Part shown: positions 47,996 through 59,800 of the stretch, in pieces
How positions within the stretch are numbered: position 1 is the stretch's first letter
How the letters are laid out: each line of letters starts with the position of its first letter
Assembly: GCA_964452565.1 (NCBI GenBank)
Contig: CAYVLY010000001.1
Coordinates: 515,053 to 579,052 of the forward strand
Length of the DNA: 64,000 bases
Origin: an uncultured Gammaproteobacteria bacterium
GTDB taxonomy: Bacteria; Patescibacteriota; Patescibacteriia; UBA9934
Direction of reading: 5' to 3'
The notes under the pieces: model-generated
What the model was told of the DNA's origin: nothing
The model's input: the letters and a program-made list of their open reading frames with translations, nothing else
Database searches by the model: none
Position numbers and translations under genes: made by a program

Positions 47996-48363
47996 ATTAG
48001 CTTTTCGGTCAATTATTAATCGTGCGATAGATAAACTATTGCCTAAAAATAATAGCAAATAACAAGCTCCTGAGTCAATCTTATAGTCACAATCCGGTGT
48101 AGAAATCAAAGGCTTGAATATCGCCTCAAACCTGCCAAGATCGGCCACTTTTTGTCCACTTTCTGTCCTCACAAAAATCCTTGACACATTTTAGGAGGTT
48201 TAGTACAATGCCCGCGCTACCTGAGAGTAGCAAAGAACCTTCACAATTGTGCGATTACAACGTCTTCGAAGCTCTTAGTAGTTTCGAATTCTAGATTTCT
48301 TCGGAAATCTAAATATTCCAAATAAATTCAAATCAGCAGAGATCTTGTCAAATCAAGAAACTT

Positions 48364-49856
<1,493 letters not shown>

Positions 49857-50011
49857 AGGGATAGAAAGAGTCGATTGTTGTGCGTCTTAGACAAACAACA
49901 AGCTTACATAGTAAGCAAAACCTTGGAATGACGTTGTAATCGCACAGATGTGAAGACAACAATAAAAACACCCTCACACCTACAATAGGTGTGAGGGTGT
50001 TTTGTTTTATG

Positions 50012-50494
50012 CTATTCTGATAAATCTGATGCAGCTTCTGCTCGAACTGCATCCATTGTTTCCGGCGTGACCCAAGTCGATACTTCAAGTGCATTGCACG
50101 CCATCTGCGCATACATTGCCTCTTCTGCCGTATATGACACTCCGCCATAACCATATATCCATGCAACGCTCTCGCTCACAGTGTTTGGTGTGGCCATGCA
50201 TCCACCATACTCAGAGTATGGGCATGTAAGGTTTGAAAACTCATAGCCTGGAGCCGAGCAGCTCAGTTCCATCTGCTCCTGCGTCCAAAAAGAACCAACG
50301 AAATCAACACAGTTGCTACCGATCGAAATCATATTGCAACTTCCTTTGATCAGATTGTCACCATTGATCTCTTCGATGAGCTCATAAACATCTTCCTCAT
50401 AATCTACATCTTCGACTTCCCCATCAGGCCCTTGGCAGGCGCCGCCAAACAATACAAGTGTTGGGATCAAAAACAAAAGCGATAAATATTTCAT
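50012..50494 (-). CDS. Cys-rich lipoprotein (hypothetical)
   Basis: Signal peptide with a lipobox-like LFGGAC and multiple Cys residues. Confidence 0.45.
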   Translation of the reverse strand: MKYLSLLFLIPTLVLFGGACQGPDGEVEDVDYEEDVYELIEEINGDNLIKGSCNMISIGSNCVDFVGSFWTQEQMELSCSAPGYEFSNLTCPYSEYGGCMATPNTVSESVAWIYGYGGVSYTAEEAMYAQMACNALEVSTWVTPETMDAVRAEAASDLSE

Positions 50495-50561
50495 ATAACT
50501 CTATGATAACAAAAAACCGCCGGTCTGTGACTGGTGGCTTTTTGGTAGAAGCAAGATAACC

Positions 50562-50825
50562 CTATTCGATTGAAATTACCTGGAGCCCCTTTTCCTCAAT
50601 ATCCTCTTTTGGCCAAAAAAGGTCGTTGATATCGAACTTGCCGACATATGTCACTTTCTTTGAGCAGCTCCTACCTGTATATTCTTTCGTTGTAGGATCC
50701 CACTCTTCAAGGATCAAAACATCACCCTCGTTTACATCAAAATCATTAAGCCGCAATTCATATTTTTTCTTTCCAGAGATAATGGCCTCAAAGTATTCTG
50801 GCCAGATTTTTTTCTTTATTTCCAT
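50562..50825 (-). CDS. ASCH/DUF3850-like small protein
   Basis: The pattern WPEYFEAIISGKKKYELRLNDFDVNEGDVLIL recalls PUA-like ASCH/DUF3850. The track ORF is extended to 50846. Confidence 0.4.
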   Translation of the reverse strand: MEIKKKIWPEYFEAIISGKKKYELRLNDFDVNEGDVLILEEWDPTTKEYTGRSCSKKVTYVGKFDINDLFWPKEDIEEKGLQVISIE

Positions 50826-50863
50826 ATATACTTTATTAAACACCATCTAACAGAAAACTCATG

Positions 50864-52975
50864 TTAGCTTATATCAAGGTACTCAAGAACAGACATCTTA
50901 TACTTAGCCTTGAATGCTTTATCCATCTTTTCTACAGGATCTGCACCCAGGAAAGAGATGAGATCAAGCAATGCCTTTTTGCGGTCGCTTAGATCTGCAA
51001 TGTCTCTCAGGCCTTCAATCTCAGTCTCAATCTCAAAGTACTTCATTTTATCGTCAAGTGGCAACTGCCAAAACAAGAGAAAACCTCTTTCCGGAAAATC
51101 GACATCAATTATGTTAAAACAATGCAACATTACAGCCTTTTCCAAGTCCATCATCATCTGATCGATCTCTGATCTCACATTAACTAATTCATCAGGGTCC
51201 ATGGGGCCGGTACCGATCTCAAAGTACATCTTTATCTTTGGCTCTGTGCCAGATGGCCTAATAGTCACCCTCAAACTCATAGCCAAACCTTTGGGTTTGA
51301 GATGAAAAATTAGCATGTCTTTTGATCGCCTATCAGTCTCAGAAACAATCGGCTTTCTCAGCTGACAATCCTCAAGCTCATCAATCTCGAACTCACCAAA
51401 ACTATTTGGATGATCGCTGCGCAGCGCTGCCTGAATCTTATGTATCTTCTCATGACCCATGGCACCAAGCATGCGAACCTCAGTCAAGTAATTCTTAAAG
51501 TAACCATACTTAACATAGATATCATCAAGATAATCTATTAAACCTTTTCCCTCCTTTTTCTGCTCAGCAAGCAACTCTGAAAGCCAAATCGCTGGCGTAA
51601 CAGCATCTTTATCACGTGAATAATCCCCCGCTAAATAGCCATTACTCTCCTCGCAACTAAACAAAACTCCACCTATCTTCCCTTCTCTCTCCAGTTTATT
51701 CATCTCGTCGGCGATGTACTTATAGCCAACCAACAAATCGCCAATTATCCCAATGTTATTTTGCTCACAAATCTCTTTAACTAATCCTGTTGTGACTGAA
51801 GTTTTTATTATTACTTCATTTCCTTTGAATTCATGCTTACGCTTTTGTACAACATACTCAGATAAGATAGTTGCTATTTGATGACCATCCAAAAAAATCC
51901 AATCATCATTCTGTTTCACCATGGCGCCAAACCTATCAGCATCTGGATCACTATTCAAAATTATGTCAGCGTCTTCTTCTTTTGCGAATTTTAGTGTGGT
52001 ATTAAAAGACTCAATTACCTCAGGATTTGGAATGTTAAATGTAATGTTTTCAAATGCCCCACTTGGATTACTGGTTTTCGGATCCTCTCTTATATCAAAA
52101 CCCTCCTGCTTCATTACCCTATAAACCGATGTTACTCCACAGCCATGGAGAGGTGTATATACGATATTGACGTCCCTTTCATCAGACAATGAAACGCTCG
52201 CTGCGGCATTAATATATGCATCATCAATATCCTTACCAAGGATCGAAATTAACCCTTGTGCCAATGCATCATTGTATGGCATCTCAAGAATTTCTCTTAC
52301 ATTGTCTGTAACCTCGTTAACCAATTCCTCATCATCCGGTGGAATCAATTGGCCACCAAATTCATCATAGATCTTTTTACCGTTGTGATCTGGTGGATTG
52401 TGTGATGCTGAAATATTAGCGCCAGCAACAGCCCCCAACTGCCTAATCGCAAATGACATCTCTGGGGTTGTTCTAATATCTTCATAAGTATAAACCTTGA
52501 TCCCATTGGCTGCGTAAACTTTAGCTGCAGCCATAGCAAGGCCCTTACTTGAAAGGTCATTCACTGGACTGGTAATATCGTCACTCAAGTACTTACTGCC
52601 CGGAAACTGCCTAACGTCAAACACCAAAACAATGCCCCTTTCCTTGGCTTGGTCGCCATACTTTTTTAATAAATACTGAGAATGACCTTGAGCTGATGCT
52701 TTGACGCTCCATTTATTGATTCTATTTGGGCCAATACCTACTTCTCCACGCCTTCCACCTGTTCCAAATGGCATAACTTGATAAAAAGAATCCAATATAT
52801 AATTCCAACTTTTGTTAGAAACTAGATGTTTGATCTGTGGAAGATAGTCCTTATATTCATCATTAGTCACCCAATCTTCCAAAAAAACCAAAGCGCTTTC
52901 TTTGTATTTCTCACCAACTTTTAGATCAGAAAAGCCTTCTCTTACTTCATTAATCAATGATTGCATAATTGTCAT
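50864..52975 (-). CDS. pgm: Alpha-D-phosphohexomutase family enzyme (phosphoglucomutase/phosphomannomutase) with a C-terminal extension
   Basis: Active-site signature SASHNPPDHNG and a GTGGRRG loop. 703 aa. Confidence 0.8.
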   Translation of the reverse strand: MTIMQSLINEVREGFSDLKVGEKYKESALVFLEDWVTNDEYKDYLPQIKHLVSNKSWNYILDSFYQVMPFGTGGRRGEVGIGPNRINKWSVKASAQGHSQYLLKKYGDQAKERGIVLVFDVRQFPGSKYLSDDITSPVNDLSSKGLAMAAAKVYAANGIKVYTYEDIRTTPEMSFAIRQLGAVAGANISASHNPPDHNGKKIYDEFGGQLIPPDDEELVNEVTDNVREILEMPYNDALAQGLISILGKDIDDAYINAAASVSLSDERDVNIVYTPLHGCGVTSVYRVMKQEGFDIREDPKTSNPSGAFENITFNIPNPEVIESFNTTLKFAKEEDADIILNSDPDADRFGAMVKQNDDWIFLDGHQIATILSEYVVQKRKHEFKGNEVIIKTSVTTGLVKEICEQNNIGIIGDLLVGYKYIADEMNKLEREGKIGGVLFSCEESNGYLAGDYSRDKDAVTPAIWLSELLAEQKKEGKGLIDYLDDIYVKYGYFKNYLTEVRMLGAMGHEKIHKIQAALRSDHPNSFGEFEIDELEDCQLRKPIVSETDRRSKDMLIFHLKPKGLAMSLRVTIRPSGTEPKIKMYFEIGTGPMDPDELVNVRSEIDQMMMDLEKAVMLHCFNIIDVDFPERGFLLFWQLPLDDKMKYFEIETEIEGLRDIADLSDRKKALLDLISFLGADPVEKMDKAFKAKYKMSVLEYLDIS

Positions 52976-53131
52976 TTAGATAATCAAAACCGGGCGTTGC
53001 TATAGAATTTTACCAAATTAACAAGGAACAACCAAGGTAGCCTGTACCAAGATGAACTCAACAAAAAACCGCCAAGCTGAGCTTGATGGCTTTTCGTAGT
53101 CCGCCATAGCTCCGTTAGGAGCGACGGTGGA

Positions 53132-53208
53132 TGGTGGGTGTGGGAGGACTCGAACCTCCGACCTCAGTCTTATCAGGACTGCGCTCTAACCACCTGAGCT
53201 ACACACCC
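53132..53208 (-). tRNA. tRNA-Ile (anticodon GAT)
   Basis: The reverse complement folds as GGGTGTG-TA-GCTCAGGTGGTTAGAGC...CTGATAA...GGTTCGAGTCC...CACACCC-A-CCA. Confidence 0.8.
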
Positions 53209-53317
53209 GCATTAATTATCAAAAGCGCGATAATCATACGTAAATTTTGCTGTTTAGTCAAGGGGAATAAAGCCCTTGCCAGATGGGTATTTTTCTGGTA
53301 TATTTCTGACGCAGAAT

Positions 53318-53394
53318 CGGGGATTAGCTCAGTAGGCTAGAGCGCTTGGTTTGGGACCAAGAGGTCGTGAGTTCGAGTCTCGCATCCCCGACCA
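53318..53394 (+). tRNA. tRNA-Pro (anticodon TGG)
   Basis: Acceptor CGGGGAT/ATCCCCG, anticodon loop TTTGGGA, CCA end. Confidence 0.75.
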
Positions 53395-53421
53395 GCAAAA
53401 AATAATATAGAATAAAGATGA

Positions 53422-53496
53422 CGCCGGAGTAGCTCAGTGGTAGAGCGAGGGCCTGAAGAGCCCTGCGTCGGGGGTTCAATTCCCTCCTCCGGCACC
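53422..53496 (+). tRNA. tRNA-Phe (anticodon GAA)
   Basis: GCCGGAGTAGCTCAGTGGTAGAGC...CTGAAGA...GGTTCAATTCC...CTCCGGCACCA. Confidence 0.85.
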
Positions 53497-53610
53497 AGAA
53501 GAATACGATTTAGTTGAATCGTGTTTTTCTTTTTGCCTTAGCGAATTATCTGAGCCAGATTTTACCTTATTCTAATGTCAGAAATGCCTTCTTATTTTGA
53601 ACCTGGGACC

Positions 53611-53639
53611 TTGACATGGACCAATTTTTTTGATACATT
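53611..53639 (+). promoter_or_regulatory. Sigma70-like promoter (TTGACA-17-TACATT)
   Basis: Upstream of GC-rich ORF 53691-54410. The RBS is GGAGGA. Confidence 0.4.
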
Positions 53640-53690
53640 CTTGCGTTGCGCAGCAATACGCTGTGGTAAACGATCCACCCTGGAGGACTC

Positions 53691-54410
53691 ATGTACCGAA
53701 ACGAAGCGGGCACCCTGCCCTTCCTGACAACGCACCTGGGGAATATCGCGCGGAGCCGTGAACTCGGCTTGCGCTTCCTGACCGCAGGTGACCAGCAGCA
53801 GCACGGCATGAACGGTGTGAGCCAGATCAGCATGCTTGTCGATCGCCTGCGCATCGCCCGCTGGATGATCCTGATCTTCCTCTTCGAGGAGGCACAGCAC
53901 ACGGGACACGAACAGGAGGCGACGGAGCACCCGTGGACGACGATCGGGCCGCTCAATCCGTCAGCCATGCCCATGGCAGAGCTGGCGACCCTGTTCGAGG
54001 GGTCCGATCTCGCCGGGGTGCTGTCGCAGATCTCGGACGACCTGAAGGACGTGACCTGGGACCAAGGCAACGAAGACAGTCGGAGCCTCCTGATCATGCT
54101 CAGCATCCAGCTCCGCCAGTGCGCCGACCACCTCGCGCGCATCGTGCACTTGTGCAACGTCAGCTACGGGATCCCCGCCGACCATTCCGCCATGTTCGAG
54201 TGCATCGACCGTATCGCGCCTAAGGACATGACGGCGCTCATGAGCGGCATGGGAGGCATGATGGGACCCGGCGCGTTCAACATGTCGTGGAAGGACGCCA
54301 GAACGCATGTTCGCACCTTCGCCGAGCGACTGCTCGATATCGCTATCGAGATCATCGCCCCCGAGGCGATCAACCGAGGCTACGAGCAGAGCAACGCCGC
54401 AGCGTCCTAA
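53691..54410 (+). CDS. GC-rich hypothetical protein (239 aa)
   Basis: Followed by the terminator CGCCCACCG...CGGTGGGCGGTTTCG. The antisense ORFs overlapping it are judged spurious. Confidence 0.45.
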   Translation: MYRNEAGTLPFLTTHLGNIARSRELGLRFLTAGDQQQHGMNGVSQISMLVDRLRIARWMILIFLFEEAQHTGHEQEATEHPWTTIGPLNPSAMPMAELATLFEGSDLAGVLSQISDDLKDVTWDQGNEDSRSLLIMLSIQLRQCADHLARIVHLCNVSYGIPADHSAMFECIDRIAPKDMTALMSGMGGMMGPGAFNMSWKDARTHVRTFAERLLDIAIEIIAPEAINRGYEQSNAAAS

Positions 54411-54646
54411 GCTAGAAGCCTGAACAACCTCGCCGCCCACCGCGAGCCGCCCCTGCGGTCTCACCTCGGTGGGCGGTTTCGTATTTAATAAGCAAAATAC
54501 ATTCTCACCTGCTCCATTAGACCCGGCCAAAAAAACCCCACCATCTCCTCAGAACTTACTGCCCACGAAATGACAAAAGGTGCTTTCTTTACCCCACTCT
54601 TTACAAAACACCTAATATTTGTTACTATTTTTTCGCAATCAAAGGC

Positions 54647-54721
54647 CGCGGGTATTGTATAACGGCTATTACGTCAGCCTTCCAAGCTGAATATGCGGGT
54701 TCGATTCCCGCTACCCGCTCC
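54647..54721 (+). tRNA. tRNA-Gly (anticodon TCC)
   Basis: Acceptor GCGGGTA/TACCCGC, anticodon loop CTTCCAA, T-arm GCGGGTTCGATTCCCGC, CCA end. Followed by hairpin terminator 54722-54755. Confidence 0.75.
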
Positions 54722-54851
54722 AGAAAGACCTCGACCTTCATGGTCGGGGTTTTTCTGCTGTGTGTGGGATGAGAACCCGCAGTGGGGTTCGATAACACGA
54801 CGAGGCGAGCGAAGCAGAAATGCTAGCATTTCTATTTCCGAGCCGAGGAGT

Positions 54852-54889
54852 AGGTATATAGCGCAGCCATATCCCCGCTACCCGCTCCA
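54852..54889 (+). pseudogene. Degenerate tRNA-Gly fragment (D-arm-like plus identical 3' 17 nt TCCCGCTACCCGCTCCA)
   Basis: 17/17 identity to the tRNA-Gly 3' end. Followed by its own hairpin terminator at 54893-54925. Confidence 0.45.
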
Positions 54890-54960
54890 TGAAAAAGGGT
54901 CACCGAAAGGTGGCTTTTTTCATGGACTGCAGAATATCGAACCCGCAGTAAGGGTTCGAT

Positions 54961-55015
54961 AATTCCCGCCTGCCCTGCAGTGAACCAAAGGTTCTACTGT
55001 CAGGGCCACCCGCTC
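54961..55015 (+). pseudogene. Second degenerate tRNA-Gly-like 3' fragment (T-arm-like GGTTCGATAATTCCCGCC ... CACCCGCTCCA)
   Basis: Partial similarity to the tRNA-Gly T-arm and acceptor 3' strand. Followed by hairpin ACACCTC-gaaa-GAGGTGT plus T-run at 55023-55047. Confidence 0.35.
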
Positions 55016-55085
55016 CAAGAATACACCTCGAAAGAGGTGTGTTTTTGTTATTGCCTAAAACGAAAATCCGATCTACACTTAAACC

Positions 55086-56081
55086 ATGAAAACGCTCGTC
55101 AAATACTGCAATCGATATCTACCGCTTTATGCAATACAGTATTGGTACAGGGGTGGAACTTTTGAAACTAGGAAACTTCTTGGAGTGCCGTTCACTCCAC
55201 TTTTTCATTATCAAAGTGGAAAGGCGGTAACGGTCTATTTTGAAAAAGAAGAGATGAAAACAGCTGAAGAGGGGTTTATAAAATATTATCTACAAAACCC
55301 AAAACAATTTGAAAAGGACATTAAAGAATATCGAACGCTTTATGAGGAGGCGATGATTGCTGCGGACAAAAAAGATATTGCTACACTTTTCGGAAACGTG
55401 GTAAAAATGTGGCCAACGCTCAATGCCATAATGTCCTTAGGTGAAATGAAAGCTGCTGATCGTCTTGCTAAAAACCTAAAGGATGTAGCTATCCAGGCAC
55501 GTAACGAGACAGACCAGTTCATGTACAATATTGGCAATAAAATTTGGGATTCGATTGGCTCATTCGCCGATGATGATGCAAAAAGCATGCTTACTATAGA
55601 GGAGATAATAGACGAAAAGTGCCCATCACCAGAAGATATTTATAAACGAAAACAAGAATTCATTTATACAAACGATGGATTAATTACAGGTATCAGCTTT
55701 GCTGATTTTCTCAAGGAAAGTGATTTCACATTGGAAGGAGAACAAACAGCTGATGATATCAGCGAGTTTTCTGGTGATGTTGCTTATGCTGGTAAGGCAA
55801 CCGAAAGAGTTCGCTTGGTTTTGGAATATAAAGACATGTATGAATTCGAGGAGGGCGAGGTACTTGTAAGCTCAATGACAGTACCTGATTTTCTTCCAGT
55901 TATGAAAAAAGCCTCAGCCTTTATAACTGACGAGGGTGGGGTCACATGTCACGCAGCAGTTATCGCACGCGAGATGAAAAAACCATGCATCATCGGAACC
56001 AAAGTCGCAACACAAATTCTAAAAAATGGAGACGAGGTCGAAGTAGATGCAAACAGTGGAATTATAAAAATCATCAATTAA
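55086..56081 (+). CDS. Protein with a C-terminal PEP-utilising-enzyme mobile (phosphohistidine) domain
   Basis: The C-terminus (VLVSSMTVPDFLPVMKKASAFITDEGGVTCHAAVIAREMKKPCIIGT) matches the PpsA/PPDK/rifampin-phosphotransferase mobile-domain pattern. The N-terminal 230 aa are unassigned. Confidence 0.5.
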   Translation: MKTLVKYCNRYLPLYAIQYWYRGGTFETRKLLGVPFTPLFHYQSGKAVTVYFEKEEMKTAEEGFIKYYLQNPKQFEKDIKEYRTLYEEAMIAADKKDIATLFGNVVKMWPTLNAIMSLGEMKAADRLAKNLKDVAIQARNETDQFMYNIGNKIWDSIGSFADDDAKSMLTIEEIIDEKCPSPEDIYKRKQEFIYTNDGLITGISFADFLKESDFTLEGEQTADDISEFSGDVAYAGKATERVRLVLEYKDMYEFEEGEVLVSSMTVPDFLPVMKKASAFITDEGGVTCHAAVIAREMKKPCIIGTKVATQILKNGDEVEVDANSGIIKIIN

Positions 56082-56182
56082 AATAGAACGATACTAATTC
56101 AGAACACACCCCACGAGGGTGTTTTTGTCTCCCAAAAGCAAAAGCACCCTACCGGAGTAGGGCGCGCGGGTGTGTTTGGATG

Positions 56183-56704
56183 TTAGGCCGCGAAGATACC
56201 AGCGACCCATCCGCCAAGAATGAGGAATCTGAGTTTCTGTCCTTGGTATTCGACGATGTGCTCAATTCTTTCAGCCTGAGCGATTGACGAATGCATCATC
56301 TGCTCAACGATCTGCATGAAAGATGATGGCTTGTCGCGAACCATAACATAGCATTCTGCATCGGGATCATCCTCATCTTCACAGAGAAGAGCTTGAGGCT
56401 TCCACTCCCTATCATACTGATAGCGATCAATGCATAGTCCATACATCAAACGCCGCTCCAGTGCATCTGACAGACGATTGAAGGCTGTCACAGGATCCAA
56501 GACGCTGCCGGAAGTATTACGGTCCATAACCCACCGAGCCACTGCCGTCACCACCTCGTCGTCATCACAAGCATCAAGCAGGAATCCGTGATCTACTTGC
56601 ACCCAAACATCCGCCTTTTGCTTGGGCCGTGATGGAATATGCGTTACTCGCGGATCTTCCATGCTTTGCCCTGCATTGAATAACGCACTCATTATTTCAA
56701 ACAT
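56183..56704 (-). CDS. Hypothetical protein (173 aa, C-terminal hydrophobic segment)
   Basis: Track ORF 56183-56845. The likely start is MFEIM after the RBS GGAGGG. Confidence 0.4.
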   Translation of the reverse strand: MFEIMSALFNAGQSMEDPRVTHIPSRPKQKADVWVQVDHGFLLDACDDDEVVTAVARWVMDRNTSGSVLDPVTAFNRLSDALERRLMYGLCIDRYQYDREWKPQALLCEDEDDPDAECYVMVRDKPSSFMQIVEQMMHSSIAQAERIEHIVEYQGQKLRFLILGGWVAGIFAA

Positions 56705-56875
56705 ACTCCCTCCTCTCAAAAGTACATGCCGAAATCCATTTTCGACCAACGTAAGGTAGCAAGAAAAAGCCTCTATGTCAATGAAACAAACCCTAAAAAC
56801 ACGCATCCTTAATAAAAACAAATCTTTCCCCAACCTCAGCCACACATGCCCCCTTCCCTGCTATAATAAATTTGT

Positions 56876-59800
56876 ATGAGAACCAAAGGCAACGAAATCA
56901 ATTTCCCAAAAATAATTGAGCACGTATCTGATGCAGTTTTTGTAAAAGATAGATCTCGGAAGTACATCTTTGTTAATACTGCCGCAGCAAAGATGATCGG
57001 GAAGCCAAAATCAAAAATTATAGGCAAAACCGCTGAGCAAGTTTTTAGTAAGGCTGATGCAGAGAAAATTCGTAAAGTTGACAATGCAAACTTTCAAGGG
57101 AAAAAAGTTGACGTAGTGGAACAGCTTACTAAGAATGGCATCGAGCACTATTTGCACACAGTACAAAACCCGATAAAGGATCGAAATGGAAACATTGTTG
57201 GGATCTCGGGGACTGTGCGTGATGTCACAGAGGAAAGCAAGCAGAAAGAAGAACTGATGGAGGTTAAGGAAAATCTAAGTACCATTACCGATAATCTAAA
57301 AGATGCTATTTTTGCAAAGGATGCTAATCGTAAATACACCTTTGTCAATCCTGCAGCAGCAAAGATGATGGGACTGTCTGTAAGTAAAATTATTGGAAAA
57401 ACTCCTGAACAGATATTCTCAAAAAAAAATGCTCAAAAAATCCGTAAAGTTGATAATAAAAACTTTAGAGGTAAAAAGGTCGATCAAGTTGAAAATCTGA
57501 CAATTAATGGCAGGATCTTTTATCTCCACACTGTTCAAATTCCTATCAAAGGAAAAAATGGAAAAGTAATTGGAATTTCTGGAGTTGTTCGCGATGTAAC
57601 TGATAGCCATGAGAGGCAAAAGCAACTTGAGGATGCAAAAAAAACAGCAGAACGCCTCCTAGATATTGCGGGTGTTATGATCATTGCCCTTGACCCACAA
57701 GGAAAGGTGTCAATGATAAATGAGAGGGGCTGCGAGATTCTAGGCTACAAGCGTGATGAAATTATTGGCAAAGACTGGTTTTATCACTTTTTGCCAAAAG
57801 GGCACATCAAGGAGGTAAAGGGTGTATTTAATAAAATCATCGAGGGTGACCTGAAGCTAACTAAATTCTACGAGAATCCTATTCTACGCAAAGATGGCTC
57901 TCAGAGAATGATCGCTTGGCATAACTCATATGTTGAAGATGAAGATGGAAATATTACAGGTATTTTAAGTTCTGGTGAAGATATTACCGAACGCAAAAAA
58001 GGCGAAGAGGAGTTGAAAGAGAGTGAGCATTTATTAAGTCGGGCGCAGGAGATCACTCATTTGGGTCACTGGAGGCTTGATGCAAAAACCTTAAAGGTAA
58101 CTGGTTCTGATGAACTTTTTAAAATTTTTGGATTTCCTCGTGATCGATCAACGCTGGATGACTTTGCAAAAGTCGTTCACCCAGATGATCGCGAATATGA
58201 CCTTGGAATGATACAGAGGGGTTTAAAAGAGGGAAAACCATGGGACATAGAGCACAGACTGCTGCTAAAAAATGGGACCATAAAACATGTTCATGCTATT
58301 GGTGAGGTAGTTAAAGACAAAAAAGGGAAAGTTGACTATCTCATAGGTACTGTTCAAGATATTACAGAGAAGAAACAAGCCGAACAAACACTTAAAAAAA
58401 GCAAGGAGATCATCGATGTTACAAATCACAGCGTTATTACAACAGACCTCAAAGGAATAATAACTTCCGCAAACAATGGCGCATGTAAGATTTTTGGATA
58501 TTCACCTGATGAACTTATTGGACACCCTGTTTCGCGAATATATCCAGAATCAAGCATAAAAGAACTCAAACATACAATTGGAACACTTAAACAAGGAAAA
58601 TCAATTCTAAACATAAAAGGCCGTGCACAGAGGAAAAACAAAGAAACTATAACAATGCTTGCTTCATTTCACCCTCTAAAAGATGAGCGAGGCAATGTCA
58701 CCGAGCTACTTGGTATATCGCGTGACATATCAAAAGAGGAGGAAGTACAAATGGAGATAAAAAATTTGCAAGAGTATCTGGACCTCCAGGTACAACGCAT
58801 GCCGCTTGGCCTAATTGTGTGGGATGCTGACTTTAAGGTTAAATCTTGGAACCCAATGGCAGAAAAGATCTTTGGGTTCAAAGAGAAAGAAGCGCTCGGA
58901 AAGCACCCCTACGATCTAATAGTCCCAAAAAGCGCACAGAAACATGTTGACAAAATCTGGGGCAGATTATTGGAAGGTGATAAAACAGCTCATAGTGAAA
59001 ATTCAAACTTCACTAAGAATGGAAAGAATATCTTCTGTGCCTGGTCTAATACACCATTAAAGGATGGTAAAAAGGTTGTTGGCGTTCTCTCAATGGTTCA
59101 GGACATTACAGCCAGGAAGCAGGCCCAAGAAGAACTCGTCACCAACGAAGAACGTTATCGAACAGTATTCGAATCTGTAAAAGACATGATAATTGTGGAA
59201 GATGCAAAAACCGGTGAAATTATTGATGTTAATAAAGCTACTGTAGATCAAACCGGATACTCAAAAGAAGAGTTAATGAAAATGGGTGTTGCTGGATTCT
59301 CACCAAAAGGACCAAAGTTCTCACAAAAGAAAATAATAGAAAAGATAAAAAAAGCAGCACAAGGAAAACCACAAACATTTGAATGGGGGTTTGTTCACAA
59401 AAATGGCAAATTGCATCACACAATAGTACACCTTAGCCGCACACAATTCGGAGGCGACTATAGACTTGTTGCTGTGGCAAGTGATGTCACCAAACAAAGA
59501 AAGTTTGAAGAGCAGCTCAGGAGCAATGAAGAGCAATTCAGAACAATCTTTAACTTCTCACCGGCATCTACCGTTCTCTGGGATCTAAGCGGAAAGATTA
59601 TTAGATGTAATGAGATGTTTGTTAGGTTACATAAAGCCAAAGGAGGAAAGGACGCCCAGGTTGGTAGGAACATTGCTGAGTTTGTTTCAAAAGATCAGCA
59701 TAAGTTCTTGGCAGATAGAATTGGTCAAGTTATAAAGACTGGTAAAAACTCTGGAATAATAAACTTCACCATGATGCGTGATGATGGATCGACTTTTAAG

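Noticed and set aside
54693-54962. 89-aa ORF MRVRFPLPAPERPRPSW...
   Set aside because: It reads straight through tRNA-Gly and the tRNA-fragment repeats. It is an artefact of the att-scar region.
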